NCBI RefSeq assembly: GCF_963921235.1
Contig: NC_086097.1
Location: 15,376,001 to 15,440,000 of the forward strand
Direction of reading: 5' to 3'
Length of the DNA stretch: 64,000 bases
From: Mobula hypostoma
Lineage: Eukaryota
Part shown: piece by piece, positions 56,080 to 64,000 of the stretch
Layout: the number at the start of each line of letters is the position of its first letter
Position numbering within the stretch: position 1 is the first letter of the stretch
Notes under the pieces: model-generated
Seen by the model: the letters and a program-made list of their open reading frames with translations, nothing else
Databases searched by the model: none
Told to the model about the DNA's origin: nothing
Made by a program: the position numbers and the translations under genes

Positions 56080-56600
56080 ATTTTCCTTACACTTTCCTCT
56101 AATCACCTTAAAACTATGCCTTCTAACATTAGCCACGTCTGCCCCAGGAAAAAAAGTTGCTGGTTATCCACTCAATCTATGCCTCCAATAATCTTATACA
56201 CTTCCATCAGTCATCTCTCATCCTCCTTTGCTCCAAAGAGAAAAGCCCTAGTTCACTCAACCTATCCTCATAAGACATGCTCCCTAATCCATGCATCATC
56301 CTGCCAAATCTCTGCAGCACCCTCTCTATAGCTTCAACATCCTTCCTTTAATGAGGCACCCAGAACTAACCGTAATACTCCAAGTGTGATCTAACCAGAG
56401 TATTACAGAGCTACAACATTACCTCATTGCTCTTGAACTCAATCCCCTATCTAATGAAGACCAACACAACATAAACCTTCTTAACCACCCTACTAATCTG
56501 TTCTACAACTTTGTAGAAACCATGGATGTGGATCCCAAGATCCCTTTGTTCCTCCATACTGTTATGAATCTTGTCATTAACCCTGTATTCTGCCTTTCAG
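56080..56600 (-). mobile_element. CR1 LINE fragment
   Basis: Reverse-strand LVRSHLEYY..FW.P and RLSELGLFSLEQR motifs. Confidence 0.7.
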
Positions 56601-57394
56601 TTCTATCCCTCTAGCCTGCAAAAGACTCATTTAGTCCAGCTCTCTGTTTTCCAGATGATAGCCTCACACTATTCAAAGAGCAAAGTTCAAAGTTCACAGC
56701 ATATTTATTATCAAAGCATGTATACATTATACAACATTATAGGAATCCCCCTCAAAAAAAAATCAAAGGTGGTCAAAAACCCAATGTGCGTAGCGAAAAA
56801 AAATACAAATCCTGCAAACAATAAAAGTGAGCAAATATCATACAGAGCTGAAGCTTTACGAAAGGCACAAAGCCAAGCATCACTGCAGCTGAAGCCTCAG
56901 TTCATTGCTGAGCCAAGCAAACATTGCAAGGCCACAGACATGATGGCAGATGGCAGCCTCGGTTCAGCGCAGAGCTTAGTAAATGTCACAGAGCAGGGGG
57001 CCAGTACCTCACCTCTGGTCCCGAGACCCTGACCTTTTGAATCTGGTCTGGTGCTTAAATATTCTAAACACGAGACTGCTCCTCACTCTTGGACCCCGAT
57101 ATCATGACTCGGCCTGTGCTTGACCTTTCCAATTCGGCCTGGCCTGGCACTTAAATCAATCTGACATCGGCGATCTCCTTGCTACTACCTCCATCTCCAC
57201 TTGCCTCCACCATGCCTCGCCTTCACCTCTGCCTCCGCCACCACATCCACTTGCCTCGAGCATGCCTCACCTGCGCCTCCAACTCTGCCTCCGCTCAACT
57301 AGCCTTGCCTCTGCTCGCCTCTCCATCATTAAGTGTGGTCGCATTTAATAAGGCGTTTGGTAGATTTTTTAAATTTTGTGTTGTGTCGCCAGTA

Positions 57395-57658
57395 CAGACA
57401 TCCCACCCTGCAAAAACTCATTTCAGGGAGGTAGCACCATCAGTTTGCGGGAGACTCCAGGAACTTCCGGGAGAGGTGGGATGTCTGCAATAGAGTAGCT
57501 CCTTAGCAGCTGGCCAGCTAGTTTAAATAACGTTAGCTATACTAACGAACGAATGACACCTGTTAAACTCACCTCAACATGTCTTTTACAGTCTTAACCC
57601 ACCACGGGCAATAGAAAAGTCACTGTTGCAAACAGTGCAGCGAGCAACACTGTCATTA
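57395..57658 (+). mobile_element. MITE family A, truncated copy 4
   Basis: Near-identical to 3557-3820; the right end is missing. Confidence 0.85.
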
Positions 57659-58243
57659 GTGCCTGAAACATAAATGCTGTTCATTTATTCAGAGCTGCAC
57701 TGGACTGCTGATTATCACCAGCATTCTGTGTATGTTTTGCCAGTGTGCTGTTAGGCCTGTTCACTGGGGATTGATTCATGGAGATGCTCCTTTACCTATT
57801 TCTTCCCCCATTCCTTTTCCTTTCTTCCTGCTTTCTCTCTCTTCTATTTTAGTTTTCTCTTCAGTACTGTGCACTTTATTTTTATTGCAGCGTACACTTG
57901 AAATAGGAGAGAGTGAGACGGAAAGTCAAATGACTTGCCTCAATCCCAGCATGACCAGGGGCAGGTCAGGCCGTTTATTGGATTTACATCAGAGCTTACG
58001 GATTCAAGAAAGCAAGAGATTCTTCAGATGCTGGAAATCAGAACAAAATACAAAAAAGGAGGAACTCAGCAGGTCAGGCAGCATCTATGGAGAAGAACAA
58101 ACAGTCAGCATTTCGGGCCGAGACCCTCCCTCCATCAGTCTTAATGAGGGGTCTTGGCCCAAAACGTCAACTGTTCATTCCTTACCCTAGATGCTGCCTG
58201 ACCTGCTGAGTTGCTCCAGCATCTTGTGTGTGTGTTTCACTGA

Positions 58244-58441
58244 GTTCCTAGTGTAGTGGCATCCACACCGGACTTCAAGGCGAGTGGTCCTGGGTTCGAA
58301 TCCGGCCAGCTCCTTGCACACTTTCCATTTGGGTTGGGTTGAGCGTTGAGCTGGCAACTCGGCCTCGCAAAAACACACACACATGCTGAAGAAGTAGCAA
58401 GGTTGCCACCCAATGCGCCACAAAGTGTGGAGAGGAACTAA
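58244..58441 (+). mobile_element. tRNA-derived SINE
   Basis: A box tagtgtagtgg, B box ggttcgaatcc; sister copy split at 26515-27342. Confidence 0.7.
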
Positions 58442-58600
58442 TTAACCACTGAATTCCTCCAGGTTTTGTGTGGATCCAGATTTCCGGAACCTGCGATCTC
58501 TAGTGTCTCCATTTTGTTAGTCAGCTGTCCTGATCACTCAGTTAGTTTATAGAATGTTATCTTGGTTTGAGCATTAGAACATACAGAGCAGGTGTATAAT

Positions 58601-59074
58601 CAGTCAGTCAGTCAGTGGGTGCCGTCCCAAATCCGGGGTTGGTGGCTATGCACCTCCATCTTCTTCGATCTTGCAACAGCACCGAGTACAGCCTCTCCTC
58701 CAGTTTGTTCTCACTGGCCGCCTTAGCACCACCCGCTGCCGCCCCCACCGAACTTGAGCCCAAGGCCGTGTCAGCCTCCAGCCGCGGCCGCTTCTTCGAG
58801 CTCGGCCGTTCCTTAGGCGGAGGCCTTGGGCAGGTCCAGGCCCACGGTGCAGTGCCCAAGTTCATTATATCTCTTCTGACTAAGTGCATAGCATACGATT
58901 CATAGATACGTGGTGAGGCTTTAATCTCTTCCACGGAAGATGGCCGTTGGCTCACAAGGAGCTCATCCACCCTTTGTCAGGTCTTGTATTTTTTTAGTCC
59001 TGCTGGGTGTCCTCACACCCTCCTCACCAGCCCAAGTCACCGACCAGTCGACCACGGCCCCCAGCCGAGCGCCG
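58601..59074 (-). mobile_element. Bipartite RTE-derived retroelement carrying a captured host-gene fragment
   Basis: 11-bp TSD aggtgtataat (58590-58600 and 59075-59085); (ACTG)n 3' tail; RTE-like ORF start (..RRDIMNLGT) and C-terminus (QDRRRWR). Confidence 0.8.
58676..58851 (-). pseudogene. ZFTRAF1: Permuted fragment of ZFTRAF1/CYHR1 exon 1
   Basis: KKRPRLE...[12 protein letters not shown] and, in another frame upstream of it, CTVGLDLPKAS. From memory, the vertebrate protein reads [25 protein letters not shown]. Confidence 0.75.
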
Positions 59075-59974
59075 AGGTGTATAATAGGGGCGTACAATTG
59101 ACATTGTCCTTGCTATTGTTGCCCCCAAGTCCTGATGAAAGATCTCGGCCTGAACCGTCAACTGTTTATCCCTCTCCATGGAGGCTGCCTGGCTTGTGAG
59201 TTGTTCCATTATTTTGTGTGCGTTGCTTGTGGATTCAAGGTCAGCTTTAGGACTTGGTCATTGAATGCAGGCTAAGGTTGCAGTGCAGATTTCACAAAGC
59301 ACTAGGTTGTTGGATTTGATATTTTTGACATGTGATGTTAAATTATGATGTTGTCTACACTGTTGCTACAGTTAAATCTTGTGGTGCTTTGTAGAAAAAG
59401 AGGAAATTATTCTGATTCCTTGCCCAACTTTATTGCCCTCAGAATGATTTAATGCTTATTTACACTCCGGTAACTTGGCTGCAACATAATTCACTGCATT
59501 AAGTGACTTCATTCATTAGATCTACAGCATGCCAATAAAAAGTACAACTGTAATTTATAGAAAATAGATTAGAAAGAGAACAAAAAACTGCTGTGGCTAT
59601 TGACCATATGATGAAACCTTCCAGCAATGGCAAAGCTATTACAGTATCATGTGGGTGATTCAAGTACTAGGAACCATTAAAAGTGCATTTTGTTATGTCT
59701 AAACAATTCATGATAACCCATTGAAGGTAGTCCATTTGCAACTTGCCCACAGCATCTTTACATGTAAAATTAATGTTGCTCTTGCCTGTGAGGCCTACAT
59801 TAAAGTATAACTGTCCATTCAAATCTCCAAAATTGTTTGTGCCCTTTAATATCTTTTACCATCCACAATCTGGGATAATATATAGAAAGTTAGCCCATAA
59901 TTTTAACTAATTAAATGTCTTATTAAACCAAAAGAACTCACAGAAAGAAAAGCTGCATTTTTGCTGTGTAAAGA

Positions 59975-60640
59975 GAAAGTCTGCAGATGCTGGAAATCCA
60001 AAGCAACACACACAAAACGCTGGAGGAACTCAGCAGGCCATGCAGCATCTATGGAAATGAATAAACGGTCGGCATTTCTGGCCGAGACCCTTCTTCAGGA
60101 CTGAGAAGGAAGGGGGAAGGTGCCAGAATAAAAAAGGTGGGGGGGAGGGGAAGAAGCTAGCTGGAAGGTGATAGGTGAAACCAGGTGGGTAGGAAAGGTC
60201 AAGGGCTGGGGAAGAAGGAATCTGATAAGAGAGGAGAGCGGATCATATAGAAAGGGAAGTAGGAGGAGACCCAGGGTGAGGTGATAGGCAGGTGAGAACA
60301 GGTAAAAAGTCAGAGTGGGGAATAGAGTAAAAGGGGGGGCAGATTTTTTTACTGGAAGGAGAAATTGATATTCATGCCATCAGGTTGGAGTCTGCCCTGA
60401 GGGTGGCCTCATCTTCGTACAAGAGGAGGCCATGGACTGACATGTCAGAACGGGAATGGGGATGGGAAGTAAAATGGTTGGCATCCGGAAAGTTCTGTTT
60501 TCTTGTAGATGGAGCGGAAGTGCTCGATGAAGCAGTCCCCCCATTTACGACGGGTCTCACCGATGAAAAGGAGGCCGCATCGGGAGAACCAGACACAATA
60601 GATGACTCCAGCTGATCTGCAGGTGAAGAGTTACTCATTT
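59975..60640 (-). mobile_element. Penelope-like 3' fragment (degenerate GIY-YIG, UTR and hammerhead remnant)
   Basis: ANHFTSHPHSRSDMSVHGLLLYEDEATLR; reverse ggccgagacccttcttcaggact. Confidence 0.85.
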
Positions 60641-60734
60641 CACAAAGGCAGACTGATTCTGCCGTTTTACGCCAAAACATTTGTACAGAGAGCAGTTGCT
60701 TGCATATTATACTGTTTAAATAATAAATACATAA

Positions 60735-61060
60735 CTGATAATTATGAGGGGCAAAGATAGGGTAACTGCAAGCAGGCTTTTTCCACTGATGTTACATGAG
60801 ACTACAATCAAAAGTAATGGGTTAGGGGGAAAGGTGCAATGTTTAAGGGAAACATGAGGTGAAAATGTGGAACGAGCTGCTAGCACAAGTGGTGAATGCG
60901 ATTTTGATTTCAACATTTAAGAGAAGTTTAGATAGGTGCATGGATGTGGGGGGGTATGGAGGACTATGGTTCTGGTGCAGGTCAATGGGACGAGGCAGGT
61001 TAAATGGTTTGGCAGGGACTAGATGGGCCAAAAGGTCTGTTCTTTGTGCTTTCTATGACT
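60735..61060 (+). mobile_element. CR1 3' end fragment
   Basis: MWNELLAQVVNAILISTFKRSLDRCMD. Confidence 0.7.
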
Positions 61061-62223
61061 TTTAATAATTTTTTAAAAATAGTGAGAAAAGAAACATTTG
61101 AAGCACGAAGTCCTCCAGGTTCCTCTTGTGGTCCAATGCTTGCTCTTCTGAAACAGGATACCCTCTTCTGTCATGACCACATATCATTTCAGCATGGTAT
61201 GTCTGCGTTCACTATTGCCTAACACCATGTCTAGTTAAGTTAGGTTAAGCCAGTCACCCCTGCTGGGGCATAGGTCACCAACGAAAGATCCTTCCCCTCC
61301 CAGGGTTGATATCTTTGGAGCTTCTGTTGGCGTTTCTGTAGCTCTGGGATTTTATGGGATGGGTTTGCTAGCCCCATGCCCAACCTCCTCCTCTGGCAGT
61401 CAGGTTTGGGACTGATAATGCCGGAGTTTCCCACACTCCCACCGACAGACCTCCAAACTGCTATCCCTGATCTCCGACTGCCAGGCACACTGACCCAGCA
61501 TGCAACACTGTATTCAACTAGTACTCTTGAGTCCACTGCTATGTTACTGGAACACTGTCCTTTATGTTAGGGGAGAAGTTTGAGGGCACTACGCTATTGT
61601 AGTGGTTAGCGTGATGCTTTTACAGCTCTGGGCATCGGACTTTGGAGTTCAATTCTGGTGCCATCTGCAAGGAGTCTGTACATCCTTGCTGAGAATGAGT
61701 GGGTTTCCTCTGGGTGCTCCCGTTTCCTCCCACGTTCCAAAGATGTACCAGTTAGTAGGTTAATTAGTCACTGTAATTTCTCCTCTGATTAAGCTAGAAG
61801 TTAAATAGGTGATTTGCTGAGCAGTACGGCCTGTTCCATGCTGTATCTCTAAATAAACATAAAATGAAAGTTATAATATAGCTTTACAAATTTTGGCTTT
61901 GGCCGCATCCTGTATATTGTCTTCACCTCTGGGTACTACATGCTAGATCATTGCAGAAGGGTACAGGGTTAATTTGCTTGGAGGTATTGCACAAAATAGA
62001 TTTGCGTTCCCAAACATTTAAATAGTGAGGAGACAATCTGAGCAAAGATCCCAAAGTCTAAGTGAATCTGACAGCATAGACAGAGGGAAGCTATTTTCAC
62101 TGCTTGGGGAGACAAAGGTAGGAAACAGTCCAAAATCGAAAGCATCTTAGGAGTTTTAGAAAGTACATAGCTTTAGAATTCTCTTCAACAAATGCCAATT
62201 AATGCCAACGACAAACTAATAGA

Positions 62224-62750
62224 AGAACTCAGTAGGTCAGGCAACATCTGTGGAGGGAAATGGACAGGGTACCTTTTGGATTGAGACCCTTCATCTGGAC
62301 TGAAAGAGTCGAGGGGAGCTGGCTCAAAAAGGTGAGGGGAAGTGGTGGGGCAAAAGCTGGCAATCGATATGTGGATCCAGGTGAGAAGGGTGACAAACAG
62401 GTGAAGGAGGGAAGGGTAAAATTAGTGACAGAAGCTGGGATGTGATGGGTGGAGACAATAAAGGGCTGCAGATGGTAGAATCTGATAGGGAAGGAAGATG
62501 GAGCATGGAACCAGGTGGGGTGGGGTGGGCAGATGGTGGCAGCAGGAGGGGGGGATCCTGTGGGAGGAGTGTGTGGGTAATAGGCAGATGAGCCAGGGGA
62601 AAGAAGCAGCATTTTCAGAGGGGCAGGTTGTGGAAGGAACCAGGTAGACCAGTTGCAGAGAGATAGGGACAGGCGGGAAGCAGGTTATCTGAAATAGGAG
62701 AATTCAACATTCATGCTATCGGGTAGAGCCAGACAGATAGGAATATGAGG
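62224..62750 (-). mobile_element. Penelope-like 3' UTR fragment
   Basis: Reverse gagacccttcatctggact, purine-rich tract, aattcaacattcatgctatcggg. Confidence 0.7.
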
Positions 62751-62842
62751 CAGATCACAATATTATAAAGTTAGATCACAAATTATTTGTGATGTCCGTG
62801 AACAATAGAACAAGTTTGAGTGGTAAATGTCCCCTTCCTATT

Positions 62843-63288
62843 TAGAACATAGAAAACCTACAGCACCATTCAGGCCCTTTGGCCCACAAAGCTGTGCCGA
62901 ACATGTCCTTACCTTAGAAATTACCAAGGGTTACCCATAGCCCTCTATTTTTCTGAGCTCCATGTACCTGTCTAGGAGTTTCTTAAAAGACCCAATCGTA
63001 TCCGCCTCCACCACCATCGCCAGCAGCCCATTCCAGGCCCTCAGCACTCTCTGCATAAAAAAAAACTTACCTCTGACATCTCCTCTGTACCTACATCCAA
63101 GCACCTTAAAACTATGCCCTCTCGTGCTAGCCATTTCAGCACTGGGAAAAAGACTCTGACTATCCACACAATCAATGCCTCTCATCATCTAAAACACCTC
63201 TATCAGGTCACCCCTCATCCACTGTTCTCCAAAGAGAAAAGGCCGAGTTCACTCAACCTATTCTCATAAGGCATGCCCCCCAATCCAG
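62843..63288 (-). mobile_element. CR1 3' end fragment
   Basis: MRGIDCVDSQSLFP..TRGHSFKV..FFMQRVLRAWNGL..SFKKLLDRYM. Confidence 0.85.
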
Positions 63289-63629
63289 GTTTCTAGGTCT
63301 TTAAAACTGTCTTTGTTGAACTGAACTGTTGCTGATAAAACATAGACTCTCCCACTATTGGAAACATCCTCTCCATATGGTAAAATACTAAATTAAATCA
63401 TATCTGTTCTGCCAGCACATTATTCACATCCATTCATATTCACTTATCTGCCTAAAAGCCTTGTAAACATCAATATTACACCCACATCCACCATTACCCC
63501 TGACAGATAATTCCAGACATCAGTCGAAATGCTCTCCATTGTACATTAATGGAAATTTGTTAAGAGTCTCTGGTGGCAGACTGAATATGACAAAGTAAAG
63601 CCTCTGGCATGCCTTCTTTGCAATTGCCA

Positions 63630-63882
63630 GTTTCTTACTTCATCCTCCCTCCGTTGGAGAGTCACCTATTCCCTCACCAGGTTTCACCTATTATCTGCCA
63701 GCTTGTATCTCACTATCTTATACCCGCTTCTATCCCCCTTCCTTTCCAGTCCTGATAAAGGATCTCAGCCCAAAATGTTGACTTTTTATTCGCCTCCACA
63801 GATGCTGCACGACTTGCTGAGTTCCTCCAGAATATTTTGTGTGTGTTGTTCCAGACTTCCATCATCTGTAGAATCTCTTGTG
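63630..63882 (+). mobile_element. Penelope-like pLTR fragment inserted in a Rex-type LINE
   Basis: agtcctgataaaggatctcagcccaaaatgttgact followed by gatgctgcacgacttgctgag. Confidence 0.7.
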
Positions 63883-64000
63883 CTTATGATTGCGTCGATA
63901 TGTTGGACTGAGAATAGCTCCTCTGAGATGTTGGCTCCCAGGAACTTGAAGCTGTTCACTGTTTTCACCACTGCCTGCAAGTGTCCCTGAAACTGCCCCT

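Noticed and set aside
58608..58970. A functional ZFTRAF1 gene or exon
   Set aside because: Only a short permuted fragment, with no splice signals, embedded in a TSD-flanked retroelement.

Overview
Eukaryotic, repeat-saturated vertebrate DNA; the repeat content (V/HE1-type SINEs, CR1, Rex1/Babar, RTE, Penelope) suggests a cartilaginous fish, probably a ray (inference). The only host gene I can support is the first coding exon of CCDC85C on the minus strand (ATG 18138, GT donor after 17442) in a CpG island. Bases 1-17441 appear to be intron 1 and 18.8-64 kb upstream intergenic DNA. The rest is mostly decayed mobile elements: Rex1/Babar and CR1 LINE fragments, Penelope-like elements with GIY-YIG and many hammerhead ribozyme motifs, tRNA SINEs, bipartite RTE derivatives, a solo LTR, and Chapaev, Tc1 and hAT-type DNA transposon relics. 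The most striking observation is a 474-bp TSD-flanked RTE-derived element (58601-59074). It carries a 176-bp circularly permuted fragment resembling ZFTRAF1/CYHR1 exon 1, bounded by TGCA direct repeats. Also notable are a CAG..CTG MITE family with 6-bp TSDs and a composite architecture, and fold-back Penelope mini-insertions. Repeat boundaries are approximate unless TSDs are quoted. Family names come from motif recognition, not database searches.
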